A DNA stretch of 64,000 nt from NCBI GenBank assembly GCA_964187785.1, contig OZ076409.1, positions 63,490,001 through 63,554,000 of the forward strand. The letters run 5' to 3'. Under the pieces are notes generated by a model, which was not told where the DNA came from, ran no database searches, and saw nothing but the letters and a program-made list of their open reading frames with translations. Below, in pieces: positions 1 to 12,487 of this stretch. A program made the position numbers and the translations under genes. The number at the start of each line of letters is the position of its first letter. Positions within the stretch are counted from its first letter, which is position 1. Source of the DNA: Amphiscolops sp. MND2022 (lineage: Eukaryota).

Positions 1-916
1 TTATGTCGAATTTCAGTCGAATTAAGGTTTTAGGTTCAAAAAAAATTTTAGGTACTTTTTCCCCACCAAATAAGGGTTCATATACTGTGTATGCACGCTC
101 ACCCTCACTGTCGCATAGTCCAGCTTCCACTACGATCGCTTCGCGATCTCCGTTCTCGCTAGGTCTTTGCTCCTCTTCGACATCGCTTAGCATGATGGGG
201 ACATCAGCGGCCCCAAGGGGCCGCGGGGCACTAGATGAAATAGGGGCATATCTGACGGCCAAAACATTGTTTGATCATTTTACATTTGCACATTTGCAAT
301 GGCATCGACGCAATTACTTCGACAAAAGTTTTTCGGCCATGGGACTTCGACGCTAGGACGAAGCTTCAAATTCGACTATAGGAATTCGACCGTATTATGG
401 TTCCCTGCCAGGACTGACATTGCCAACAGGTCTTTGTTGATGTCGAAGAACGCTTCTCATTACTTCTCGAAGTGGGTTGTTATATGCATACACGACCGAT
501 GTTTTGGATGTATCCGGTCTGTCTTCTGATGGTCTTTGTGGTGAGGGTCTTCTTGATTTTTAGAAGGGAGCAACCGTCCAATGTTCGGACCGTCGTGTTT
601 GAACCTGGTAGACTTCGAGTTGGTATTGTAGTCTTTCTTGTTGAGTCGTCTCGGGCTATTTTCAATTTGGATGTTCATATTAGTTTCTTGTTGTTCATTA
701 GAATTGAATTCCCATAGAGCATTGAATTGAAAAGTAAAAGCGATGGGAAAAATTGACGTCCTACTCGGCCTTAATTATACGTCGCTCCTTGTTACTCCGG
801 CTGTTAGGGCACTAGAAATATGTGATTTTGGAAGGTTTCATTGTGATGACTTCCAAACCGCGTTAAAAGACGTTGAAAATGTCAGAAGCGTACTTCAGTT
901 TGTGCATGTTTAAAAT

Positions 917-1116
917 TCTCCTGTCACTAGGAGATTTCCATCGTCAGCGAATATGAATTTCCTACAGTTGAGGTTTTTCAACATGTCGAAAACAAAGAAA
1001 TCAAACAGATATGTTATCATCAATTCAGTTCATTTTCTTTTTGCCGACATGTTCAAAAACCTCAACTGTAAGAATTTCAACTTCGCTGACGATGGAAACC
1101 TCCTTGTGACAGGAGA
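917..1116. mobile_element. Foldback MITE-like inverted repeat (~200 bp)
   Basis: tctcctgtcactaggagatttccatcgtcagcgaa... at 917 is mirrored by ...cttcgctgacgatggaaacctccttgtgacaggaga ending 1116; ~80-bp imperfect arms. Confidence 0.7.
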
Positions 1117-1129
1117 CACATAAAATCTA

Positions 1130-1700
1130 TCTGACGGTCAAGTTACTCTCAAACAATTGGAACGGTGGTGCAAAACTCGGAGAATCGCTGTCAGTGGTGA
1201 CGAGACGTCACTCGTCCATCTCAACTCTGAGAACACGCATGCCTCAAAGCTATTCGGAGAAGCTAGTAAGGTCACCAGGAACTTCTACTAATGTTTATTC
1301 AAATCAAAAACCTACTGCTACTATCAGAACTACTAGGGGACGATATGACTCTCAAAATATTCAATTACCTATCATATCTTCTTTTTTGCGCTTCTCTCTG
1401 TTTCAGCTGGGGAGACCAAAAAATGAAACTCTGGAACACGACTTCTTCTACCAAACTTGCAGACTCGCAGTCTTTCTAAGGTTGGATATCACTGACCAAA
1501 CAAATTTAAAGAAGAAACTCCTGACTCTTATTTGTCAGAGTTTCAACAAATTCACTGAATCTGACAATTTCCCTGGTAAATGACATGCGATTGTACGATG
1601 AATAACAGCAGAAGCGAAACGACCACCTAGAACGTGATAACTGTGAGGACGTAATCCCTTGTGTTTATTAACCATAAATCCATTTTACTACTAGTAGTAG
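1130..1700 (+). pseudogene. Possible decayed 3' end of a LINE (CR1/L2-like)
   Basis: Broken frames ending in a CxC-type terminus (atgcgattgtacg) followed by tac-rich simple tails; weak resemblance only. Confidence 0.25.
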
Positions 1701-1879
1701 TGTTAAAAACGCGTCTTTACAACTTCAATTTCTTCACCCTCACTGTTCCTAAAACATGCCGCATTTCCAACCTGTGGAGCACTTGAGATACGTGGGGGCG
1801 TAGTCCTTTGTGTTTATAAACCTTAAATCCGTTTTACTACTATTTTTTATTACTAATCCGTTTTACTACTCAAAAATTG

Positions 1880-4800
1880 GAAAGATTTGACTGCCAAGTC
1901 GAACGGGCAAACTGGACTGAATTTTCTCAGAGCCCTAACAAATCTTGTGAATGTGATTCTCGAAGGAAAAGTACCTTTCGAACTTCGACCGTACTTCTTT
2001 GGTGCGAAACTAATTGCGCTAAAAAAGCAAGTGAGGATTTCATCCTATCGCTATAGGCAATACTTTCCGCCGCTTGTCCGCAAAATGTACCGGATACCAT
2101 GTCTTCGAATCACGTCAAGCAAGATATGGAAATCGACTAGTAGGTGTAGGCACCAAAAGGGGCGCTGAATTGGCCTCACATGTTTTCCATTGTTTGATAG
2201 AAAGCCCCCAGCACAAAGAAAACGTTATTTTGAAAATTGATTTTGAAAACGTTTTCAATTCGATAAACCAATTAAGGCTAGAGAAAATTTTTGAATTACA
2301 CCCTGAAGTTTATAAGTACTCACACTCGGCGTACAGTCAGCCAAGTTTCCTTTTTTTACGGTGATTCAGTAATCAAATCTTGTGAAGTGACCCAGCAAGG
2401 AGATCCTGAGTCTCCAGCTTTATTTTCGGGTTCCATTAGGGATCTGATTGACAGTTTGGAGTCGAAAATAAACTTATTGTACCTTGACGATGGAAATTTA
2501 AGTGGTGATTACGGAACCGCTTCAAAAGATCTCCAAAAAAAGGTTGAAGCGGAACAAACGCGGGGACTCTAAATAAATCCCACGAAATGCGAAATTTTTT
2601 CCCAAGTGACATTACTGAAAAACGACGATCGAAAATTTTAGCACCTTTCCAAAAATTTTGCCCCGGGATCAAAACACCAAAGATGAACTTATCATTCTTG
2701 GTTCACTGCTCGGCCCGAAATGACCTGCAGACTTATTGGAAAAGAAAACTAACGAACTGGAAAAAGTTAACGGGATTGTTGAAAAAAAAAGATGCGCACT
2801 ATGGATTTTCTATGTTGAAAAAGTGCTTCAGTTTACCAAAGTTGTTGTACTTCCTGAGAACCAGTACATGTATTAATCATCTAGCTCTCTTGGAAAAATA
2901 TGACAAAACCGTGCGCGACGGGCTTTCCAAAGTGTGTAACGTGAAATTCGACGATATTTCGAGTACTCATCTGGCTCTGCCTGCTGAGATGGGTGGTCTT
3001 GAGGTTTCATCCACATCATTATTAGCACTTCCTGCCTTTCTGGCCTCAGCTTTTGATGCGAGTGACTTTCTCAAGACGATTTTCTCGGAAACATTCGAAG
3101 ATGTTTCTCTAACAAAAGCGTTGGAGAATTGGTTGAGTTTGACGAATGAACAGGAAAGTCCTCTCGATGGAACTCAGACAAATTGGACACAACCTGTCTA
3201 CGTCAAAACTGCCCAAGATTTGATTTCTAGAATGGATGACAAACGTTCGAAAGTTTTGAACGCTCATCAAGGCAAGTTCGGGTCTCAATGGCTCAACGTC
3301 GTACCCTGCACGGTTGCCAAATAGTAAACTCAATCAGTTGGGTAAAACCCAATTAATTGTACAAATAAGAGTACCCAATTACACAGACCCATTCCAAATA
3401 GTGATTGGACCCCGAATACCCAACCCAATTATCAATGGCACCCAGACCAAATACCCAATTAGTCGAATTTACCCCCCAAATACTGACCACCACACCCAAT
3501 TACCGAATCGACTGGTGGAAATAAATTCTGCAAACCTTTTGCAATATTTCTTGGTTTTCAATCTTTTTTCCTCAATACTTGTGAGATTGAAAATTTAGTA
3601 TTTTAGCATTTATTTTAAATACATTTGAGTTGATTTTGATTTTCTGCTTGCTAGGAGGCAAAATCTATGATCGATGATTTGTCTTTGATGATTGTAGTCA
3701 GTACGTTAAAATATATTGGTGGTATGGCGCCGAATATTGCGTCTGTCTTCAGATGGCTGATGAGAATTCAGATGTTACAGAGATTGTCGATTGGTTCACA
3801 GCTATGTGTAGACGCATATAGTTGTATGTTTGTCCTTGCGCTCGATTTTAGTTTGCATCATTTTATAAAATTGAGCATAATTTAAGTATTTCTAATACCT
3901 TTTCTCAATAACATCATGGTAGAAAAATCTCATATTTTTGGTTACACATTCCTGTATGTTTTCATGCCTTTCAGAATTTCATAATTGTTGGATTCTTTCC
4001 GCTAATACTTTTTTCTCGCACCCAATTCCCCCCCCTCCCCAAAGAACGCGAACCACCCAAAAACCCAACCAAATAATGGTTGTACCCCGAATACCAAATA
4101 CCCAAATAGTTAATCTGCAACCCAAACCCAAATATCATCAACCCAATTAATTTGCAATCCTGGTTCCTTGCAAAAACCTAGGCCTGAAACATGATGATCA
4201 GCAGCTTCGGATTTCAATTGGTTTGGGCATCGGGGCCAACATATGTGTTGCGCATACCTGCCACTGTGGTAAAAAAAAGCTGAACGGGACGGTTTACACG
4301 GTCTTGCTTGCACCAAGAGTGCTGGTCGCTTCTCACGTCATGCAACTCTCAATTCTCTCAAAGCAGACGATGGGATCTCTCGACTTGCCTTCAGTGCTCG
4401 AACCGCGTGGACTGTACCGAACTGATAGCAAACGCCCAGAGGGAGTTACCATGCTTCCTTGGGATATGTGTAAACAGCTTGTGTGGGACGTCACGGTCGT
4501 GTATGCTCTTGCACCCAGCCATCTGAATCAAGGCTCTTTATGCAACCCGGGAACCACCGCCACCGAGGCTGAAGCGCGTAAATTTGAGAAGTATCGCGAA
4601 ATTACAGACAATGGATACATTTTTCAACCGGTGGCCTTGGAAGTACAGGGTTCTTTAGGCGAGAGCAGTAAATTTTCATCACCCGTCTCTGTGAAACGCT
4701 CTGTCGTTCGCACGATGATCATTGCGTTGGCAGTTTTTTGAAGCAACGGATTTCAATGGCTCCTTCAGATCGGCAATGAGACCTGTGTTCTAGGAACTGT

Positions 4801-5070
4801 GAGCGACAGAGATGCGTTCGAAGAAATTTATTACGTTTATCTGATTTTTTTAAAACCTCTATAGCATTGCAGCTTTTAAAAAATTATATCGGTCGACTGC
4901 GATAGTGGCTGGTATGAGTAGTTTGTTGGTTGTTTTTTTTTGCTGCTGGTCTACTGTGATAGTGGCTGGTATGGGGTTCCCTACTTTCGTTGCAGACCAC
5001 GGGTGTGTGTCTTCTCCCCCAACATGATGATACACATGGCACTTGATTGATGACGAAGATCCATGATATC
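1880..5070 (+). mobile_element. CRE-like non-LTR retrotransposon copy A (5'-truncated, frameshifted; RT + restriction-like endonuclease)
   Basis: RT motifs KIDFENVFNSI, TQQGDP, YLDDG; zinc-knuckle remnant CHC and RPEGVTMLPW...WDVTVV endonuclease motif; 3' region shared with copy B up to gaagatccatgatatc (5070). Confidence 0.9.
3309..4162. mobile_element. Old non-autonomous hAT-like insertion in CRE copy A
   Basis: Absent from copy B; degenerate TIRs cacggttgccaaata / taatttgcaatcctg; 8-bp TSD gtaccctg (3301-3308) vs gttccttg (4163-4170); acccaa-rich subterminal repeats. Confidence 0.7.
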
Positions 5071-7852
5071 TGAGGTTTGAGATACGTTGCATAAAGAAAG
5101 TAATATTCTGATTACGTTACCATTCAATGGGTTGGTATCTTACTTTTCTACTCATTTGTGTGTGGAGCCTAAAAATAAAAAAATTGATGAAACGCTAGTT
5201 AGTTTGCTAAATGTGGTATTCCTGCAATTGGTTAGGTTTCGAGATTGAGTTGTGATGAAAAACAACGAAACCTACAACGCTCCGAAGTGTCTGAAGCCCT
5301 CAGGGTTGATAGACTGGATAAATTGTAGGCTTTGCAACGGATGGGTTCACATAAAATGTGCCAATTTATCGAGAACTGAAGCCCGGAGTCTTGCCAAATT
5401 TGAATGTAGTAGGTGCTCTTTAGTGAACACAATCCCTCAGTGTCAGGATGATAAATTTACATTAGACGCCCTTTTTAATTCAGGCGTTGTTCACTTGAAA
5501 AGAGTTCCTAACAATTCACGGATCCCCCTAGCTGAAAACTTGATACCCAAAATTAATGATATTTGTGAAACCCCGTCATATATTGCCTTGTGGTGCTTAC
5601 TGCTCTCCTCTCTAAGCTATGTTTTGGAAAAACCACCTCGAGGAGGTAAACCTCAGCGGTCATCACTTAGTGCAATTATCAACAAGCGTATTCGGGGGGT
5701 GTCATTGAGAAAAAACCGAACGCGACAGAAAACCGCAGCAGAAAAGGGAGTTAGATCGACGACTGCGTTCCATTTGCACTAAATTAGACGAAGGTAATGT
5801 TAAGGCCGGAATCAGAATGGCAGTAGGCGACGACAAGATTGCAGATTTCACGGTCGACTACTACGGTGCCCTTAAGCTGAAACATCCGCAGAGGGAATCT
5901 TGCTCTAATCCGGACCCCACCGATATCGAATGTTTTTCAACCTCGGAATTTTCGTCCACAAGGCTCTCATGTTCTTCCCCAACGGCTCTAGTGCAGGGTT
6001 GGATAGCATTTTGCCCCAAATTTCGAAAGATTTGACTGCCAAGTCGAACGGGCGAAGTGGACTGAACTTTCTCAGAGCCCTAACGAATCTTGTGAACGTG
6101 ATTCTCGAAGGAAAAGTACCTTTCGAACTTCGGTCGTACTTCTTTGGTGCGAAACTAATTGCGCTAAAAAAGCCCGATGGAGGACTTCGTCCTATCGCTA
6201 TAGGCAATACTTTCCGCCAATTGTCCGCAAAGTGTGCGGGATACCATATCTTTGAATCACGTCAAGCAAGATATGGAAATCGACAAGTAGGTGTAGGCAC
6301 GAAAGGGGGCGCTGAATTGGCCTCACATGTTTTCCGTTGTTTGATAGAAAGCCCTCAGCCCAAAGAAAATGTAATTTTGAAAATTGACTTTGAAAACGCT
6401 TTCCATTCGATAAACCGGCTTTTCATGCTAGAGAAAGTTTTTGAAATACACCCTGAAGTTTATAAGTATTCACACTCGGCGTACAGTCAACCAAGTTCTC
6501 TTTTTTACGGTGATTCAGTAATCAAATCTTGTGAAGGGTCCCAGCAAGGAGATCCTGAGTCTCCAACTTTGTTTTCGGATTCCATTCAGGATATGATTGA
6601 CAGTTTGGAGTCGAAAACAAACTTATGGTACTTAGTCGATGGAAATTTAAGTGATGATCACCGAACCGTTTTGAAAGATCTCAAAAAAGTGTTGAAGCTG
6701 AAAGAACGCTGGGACTCAAAATTAAACCCACGAAATGTGAAATTTTTTCCCTGGTGACATCACTAAAAAACAACGATCGACAATTTCAGCATATATACAA
6801 AAACTTTGCCCGGGATCAAAACACCAAAGAAAGATGAACTTATCATTCTTGGTTCACCGCTCGGCACGAAATCACAAGCAGACTTATTGGAGAAAAAAAA
6901 TTATTGAACTGGAAAAAATTTACGGGATTGTTGAAAAACTAGATGCGCACTATGGTTTTTTAAGTTGAAAAATTGCTTCAGTTTGAAAAAGTTGTTGTTC
7001 TTCCTGAGAACCAGTACATGTTTTAATCATCCAGCTCTCTTGGAGAAATATGACAAAGCCGTGCGCGACGGGCTCTCCAAAGTGTGTAACGTGAAATTCG
7101 ACGATATTTCGAGTACTCAGCTGGCTCTGCCTGCTGAGATGGGTGGTCTTGGGGTTTTATCCGCATCATTATTAGCACTTACCGCCTTTTTGGCGTCAGC
7201 TTTTGGTGCGAGTGATTTTCTCACGACGATTTTCTCGGAAACATTCGAAGATGTTTCATTTACAAAAGCGCTTGAGAAATGGTTGAGTTTGACGAATGAA
7301 CAAGAAAGTCCTCTCGACGGAACCCAGAAAAACTGGACACAACCTGTCTTCGTCAAAACCGCCCAAGATTTGATTTCTAGAATGGATGACAAACGTTCGA
7401 AAACTTTCAACGCTCATCAAGGCAAATTCGGGTCTCAATGGCTGAACGTCGTTCCTTGTAAGAACCTAGGCCTGAAACTTGATGATCAGCAACTTCGAAT
7501 TTCAATTGGTTAGCGTCTCGGTGCCAACATCTGTGTTGCGCATACGTGCCACTGTGGTAAAAGAGTTGAACGGGACGGTTTACACTGTCTTTCTTGCACC
7601 AAGAGTGCTGGTCGCTTCTCACGTCATGCTACTCTCAATTTTCTCATAAAGCAGACGTTGGGATTTCTCGACTTGCCTTCAATGCTCGAACGGCGTGGAC
7701 TGTACCGAACTGATGGCAAACACCCAGACGGTGTTACCATGATTCCTTGGGAAATGGGTAAACAGCTGGTGTGGGATCTCACAGTTGTGGATGCTCTTGC
7801 ACCCAGTCGCCTGAATCAAGGCTCTTTATGCAACCCGGGAACCATCGCCACC

Positions 7853-8230
7853 GGGGACTGTTCAATTCGTCGAACATTCAATTCGTCGAACACATATTAC
7901 TTTTGCGAGCAATATATGACGTAATGGAATGAATTGATTTCGGCCAATCAAATTCGAGCATTCAAAATTACGATAACGTAGTCAGATATGTTCACATACT
8001 CCTAGTGCCTAAATGCAGGAGCGAAGCGAAGCGGAGCGACGTGCCATATGGCCATGCCTCAATATTGCTACTTGGCGAAGGGAGCGAAGCGACCGAGCCA
8101 TACAACAAATATGCTAATCGCTACAAAAATTAACCAAATGAAATTAATCGCTGATATGGAATTTTTTCGACGCATTGAATAGCTTTTCATTTTTCGACGA
8201 TTTGAATGTTCGACGAATTGAATAGGCACC
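7853..8230. mobile_element. MITE with 9-bp TSD (Mutator-like) in CRE copy B
   Basis: TSD atcgccacc at 7844-7852 and 8231-8239; TIRs ggggactgttcaattcgtcgaacattcaa / ttgaatgttcgacgaattgaataggcacc. Confidence 0.85.
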
Positions 8231-8301
8231 ATCGCCACCGAAGCTGAAGCCCGTAAAATTGAGAAGTATCGCGAATTAATAAACAATGGATTCATTTTTC
8301 A

Positions 8302-9192
8302 GGTAAATGGTCACTTGGCTTAATGCCAATTGGCTTAAAGTCATTTGGCTCAATACAATTGGTACTTGGCCTAATTTTTTTAGGCTAAGTGTCTCGGGTA
8401 TTGGTCACTTGGCTCATAGTCATTTTACTTAAAACCACTTAGTTGAAAACACGTGGCAGATTTTTTCGAATTTATCTTTATAACGTAGTCAGCGTTATAC
8501 TATAACATGTCATCAAGTACCCCTCGGATATGTCCCCATTTCCTCTAGTGCCCTGCGGCCCCTTGGAGCCGCTTATATTCCCATCTTGCTAAGCGAGGTC
8601 GAACAGGAGCAAAGACCTAGCGGGAACGGGGTGGCTGTAAAAAGGTCGAATTTTTCTGGTCGAAAGGACAGAGGTCGAACCTTTTGATCGAATTGCAGGG
8701 ATCGAATGGAATGCGGTCGAATTTTACCGTATTTGTTGATGGCTCGGTCGCTTCGCTCCCTTCGCCAAGTAGCAACATTGAGGCATGGCCATATGGCACG
8801 TCGCTCCGCTTCGCTCCTGCATTCAGGGCACTAGGGGTATGTGAACATATCTGACTACGTTATAAAAACTTCGATCCGAGTTGTTTCAATCCCATTCAAA
8901 AATTTGGTATGTCGACCTGAGGACTAACTCTGATTTTCGATCCCGTTCCTTCGACCTATTTCCGCCCACCCGCGGGAACGAAGATCGCGAAGCTATCGTA
9001 GTGGGAGCTGGTCTTCGCGACGGTGAGGGCGAGCGTGCTTACACCGCATATGCCCCACATTATGATATTTCCGGGAGTTGACATATTTATTCCTTGAGTT
9101 GGAATGGAGTTGGCTTAATTTTGTGGTCACTTGGCTTAAAATTTTCAAGCCAAATGACTCGACGAAAAAATTAAGCCAAGTGACTGGTAACC
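8302..9192. mobile_element. Non-autonomous DNA transposon with 8-bp TSD and GG...CC ends (Merlin/MULE-like) in CRE copy B
   Basis: TSD atttttca at 8294-8301 and 9193-9200; TIRs ggtaaatggtcacttggcttaat / attaagccaagtgactggtaacc; repeated cacttggct subterminal motif. Confidence 0.8.
8629..8971. mobile_element. MITE with 9-bp TSD nested inside the 8302-9192 element
   Basis: TSD gcgggaacg at 8620-8628 and 8972-8980; TIRs gggtggctgtaaaaaggtcgaa / ttcgacctatttccgcccaccc. Confidence 0.8.
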
Positions 9193-9880
9193 ATTTTTCA
9201 GCCGGTGGCCTTGGAAGTACAGGGTTCTTTAAGCGAGAGCAGTGAAACTTTCATCACGCGTAACTGTAAAATGCTCTGTCGTTCGCACGACGATCGACGA
9301 GCTGGCAGCTTTTTGAAGCAACGGATTTCAATGGCTCTTCAGATCGGCAATGCGGCCTGTGTTCTAGGAATTGTGAGCGACAGAGATGCGTTCGAAGAAA
9401 TTTATCACATATAGCCTATTTTTTTTACCTTTATATCATAGCTTTAAAAAAATTTCTACCGGTCGGCTGCATAGTGGCTGGTTTGAGTGGCCTGTTGGTT
9501 TTTTGTTACTGGTATAGTGGCTGGTATGGGGTCCCCTACTTTCGTTGCAGACAACGGGTGTGTGTCTTCTCCCCCCAACATGATACACATGGCACTTGAT
9601 TGATGACGAAGATCCATGATATCATAGAGAAAAAAAATTTGCGAAAACAAGCATGTTATAAGGGCGTTGGCTGGCTTTATTGCAAGCATCGATTAATTCT
9701 TATAACCCTGCAATCCTCGCTTGCCTTCCTTCTGTGTCAATTCTATTATACTATTTTCTTTGTTCTGGAATGAATGATAGAAAGTCATTTGTACTGCCAC
9801 ATCCCGAAGGTTAATTGATATCTTCTTCTTTTGTTCGTGGGGTTTGTCGGTATATTTGAGTTTGCTAATTTTTAGGCGCA

Positions 9881-10927
9881 ATGAAAATATCTGAAATGTC
9901 ATATTATCCCATCCAGCTACCTGGTCAAGCCGGAAAAAGAGACAACCTGGGTTGTGTAGAAGACACCGAAGTCCTTCAACGAATTACTGCTACTCGTAGA
10001 GCTGTTATGGAGTATTGTTCACAGTGTTCCACATATATTTACTCGAATATGAATAAAGTAGATTGGAATCTCGCCAGACAAGCTTTTATTGCGTCATCTG
10101 TAGGTTCAGCGCTTTTGGTGACTGCTGCAAGAAAGAAGTCGAGAACGCCTATCAAAATGGTCCTGTATCCAACTATTGTGGGTGGTTTGGTATCTACAGC
10201 GTGCTATCCTAACGAGGTGTCTGCTGTGCTGAAAGACGTTTTGCCATTCGAATCTCTCCCGACAGTTCCTCTGCCACCATCTTTGAGTGAATACGTGAGT
10301 CTGCTTCCTTGTCATTTTCCGCCCGCATATCACATGGGAAAGAAAATTTTCGAGTTGGTGATTTATTTCTCTAAATTGTTAATTTCATAGTCAAAAGATA
10401 CTTTCTACCTACCGAAAAAAAGGTTGTTATTGAGATACAGTCGACTTCGGCTAATCGAATACTGGCGGGAACGGCGAAAAATATCCGATTCAGCGAAATA
10501 TCCGATTAAACGAAAACATGCTAGTATATTCTTTTCAGCCGGGTATTGAAATTTTTATTCATTCACCAGAAATATTGGATTAGCCGATATTCGATTATCC
10601 GAAGTCTACTGTAGTTGATACATCTCGAGAGAAAAGTTCCTAAATATCAGAAAGTCGTTAAACAATATTTACTTCAACTTCCGAACAATTTTTTAAAATG
10701 TTTGTTGCTATAATTGTTTAAAGACGGAAAGTTTCATTGTTTGTGGGCTTCTTGAATTATATATTGGCATTGTTTTCATAGTTTTCACTTTTTACTAGTT
10801 TAACTATTCAACTTTTCAGGTGAATCAAATCAAAGTCAAATGGGAGTCTTTGAAGAAAGACAGATCTGCCGTCGACAAGGGCCAATCAACAGAAAAAGAT
10901 GAAGAGATGTACAGCACTCGGCGATAA
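9881..10927 (+). CDS. APOOL: MICOS subunit MIC26/MIC27 (apolipoprotein O family); exons 9881-10294 and 10820-10927, possibly a short extra 5' exon near 9770-9809
   Basis: Two hydrophobic segments around RKKSRTPIKMVLYP...ACYP; GT-AG intron gives C-terminus DKGQSTEKDEEMYSTRR, resembling the MIC27 GQS...DMYSTRS end. Confidence 0.8.
10438..10611. mobile_element. Tc1/mariner-type MITE in the MIC26/27 intron
   Basis: TA-flanked TIRs cagtcgacttcggctaatcgaata / tattcgattatccgaagtctactg. Confidence 0.85.
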
Positions 10928-11209
10928 TTTTATTTGAACTCCCATGAAACTATTGCATAGATGAATTTCGTGTTATCAAGGTAACTGCAATATTAACACT
11001 GACTAAATATACATTAAATAAGGAAGCTTTTCCTTCGTTCTCTTTTCATTATATCAGAGTGAGCATAAAAAATCGAAAAACCTTTTCAGGATAAATTCCT
11101 CTCGAGGAAGGGGACATCCCTCAGTAACACCCAAATCGGACGAATACTTTTTTGAGAATACCCTTTCTAGACGGGATCCTAGGCAGATGTCTCCCACGTT
11201 AACATAGTA

Positions 11210-12487
11210 CAGTAGTGTGATAAGAAAAGTGAACTCCGTATACAAATTAACGACAGTATTATTTCAATTATCTCGCAAATAATGAAAGATACAGAAAATT
11301 GTCAGATATAAAAGCGTTTTGACATTAAACACTGAGTCTATTAATATTTGGTACAAAATCCCTTCTTCTTTATTGCGACTTGTAGACGTCTGGGAACACT
11401 ACGGTAGAGTTTTTGAATGTAAACAGTCGGTATTTTTGAAAATTCCTGAAACGAAAACCGAATAAGCTCCTCTAAACACTTCGGATTTCTTTTAGAAACC
11501 CTTCTTTTCAAATAGCTCCAAACATTTTCGATTATATTCAGATCTGGCGACTGTGGAGGCCAATTTTCAAGAATACTGAAGCCATTTTCGTTGAGAAAAT
11601 TCAAAGTACTTACAGAAACATGGCAAGGCGCGTTGTCTTGCTGGAAATTTTCTCCCAAAAACATATTCTCCATTAAATTTTCTCTCAAAATTGTTTGGTA
11701 CTTACCTGAATCTAGCTTATTTTCGACAACAATGAGGTGTCTTTCCCCTGAAAACTTTATGAAACCCCAAAACATAACTTTTTTACCACCAAATTTTTTG
11801 AAAGTAGAAATGTATTTTCGATTGAACCCTTCTCCAGGAGGTCTTCTGACGTACTCTCGTCGTGTTGGGTTGAGTTCCAAAATTGTCTCGTCCGAAAAAA
11901 CGACATTTTCCCAAAATCCGTCACCTAAACCAACCATATGCCGACACCAATTTTTTCGCTTTTGGACGTTCAAACTAGTAATGAAAGGTTTTTTGATACT
12001 TATCCTGGCCCGTAATCCATGTCGAATCAAAATTTTTCGAACTAAACTCGAAGAAATTTTCAAGAAAGGTGATACTTCTCTGGCAATTTGTGTAGAGTTA
12101 AGAAATGGGTTTCCTCTGGAAGTTTTGATGATTGTTCGTTCCGTTAATTTGTCCGATTTCCTCACTCTTCCGGGTTTTTTTGCGTTCTCCACCGTCCCAT
12201 TGCGCTTCCACTTTTCAATATTTTTCCAAATTGTCGATTTGTTAATTTTAAGCCGTTTTTGAATGAAGAAAATGGTTTTATTCAGCAGATAATACTGAAT
12301 AATTTTGCAGCGATTTTGCAGGCTGATGACTGGCATTTTGCAACTGAGATTTATATCAATAGAAAGCGCTTTAAAAGTTGAGTTTACTGTCAAATTTTTG
12401 TTTGCCTACCACAAATACATGCGAAGTTATGTGTATTTAAAGAATGAATCATCTTAACAGGAGTTCACTTTTCTTATCACACTACTG
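11210..12487 (-). mobile_element. Full-length Tc1-type DNA transposon (1278 bp)
   Basis: Perfect 28-bp TIRs cagtagtgtgataagaaaagtgaactcc (11210-11237 / 12460-12487), TA TSD on both sides, uninterrupted transposase ORF. Confidence 0.97.
11341..12336 (-). CDS. Tc1-family transposase, 331 aa, DD35E
   Basis: ATG at 12336; N-terminal HTH and PGRVRK; WENVVFSDE, FQQDNAPCH, WPPQSPDLNIIENVW; 35 residues between second D and E. Confidence 0.95.
   Translation of the reverse strand: MPVISLQNRCKIIQYYLLNKTIFFIQKRLKINKSTIWKNIEKWKRNGTVENAKKPGRVRKSDKLTERTIIKTSRGNPFLNSTQIAREVSPFLKISSSLVRKILIRHGLRARISIKKPFITSLNVQKRKNWCRHMVGLGDGFWENVVFSDETILELNPTRREYVRRPPGEGFNRKYISTFKKFGGKKVMFWGFIKFSGERHLIVVENKLDSGKYQTILRENLMENMFLGENFQQDNAPCHVSVSTLNFLNENGFSILENWPPQSPDLNIIENVWSYLKRRVSKRNPKCLEELIRFSFQEFSKIPTVYIQKLYRSVPRRLQVAIKKKGFCTKY

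Larger units (their letters stand above)
5240..9623 (+). mobile_element. CRE-like non-LTR retrotransposon copy B (near full length; PHD finger + RT + RLE; frameshifted, interrupted by MITEs)
   Basis: PHD-like WINCRLCNGWVHIKC...FECSRC; KKPDGGLRPIAIG, KIDFENAF, GSQQGDP, WYLVDG; CHC...SC...GRFSRH, HPDGVTMIPW; C-terminal QRISMALQIGNAAC; 5' boundary approximate. Confidence 0.92.

Noticed and set aside
5024..5073. C/D-box snoRNA-like (atgatga...ctga) or hammerhead-like (tgatga.gaa) motif
   Set aside because: Only ~50 nt, boxes not preserved in the second copy, and no complete hammerhead core or stems
11591..12262. 223-aa + strand ORF
   Set aside because: Antisense shadow of the Tc1 transposase
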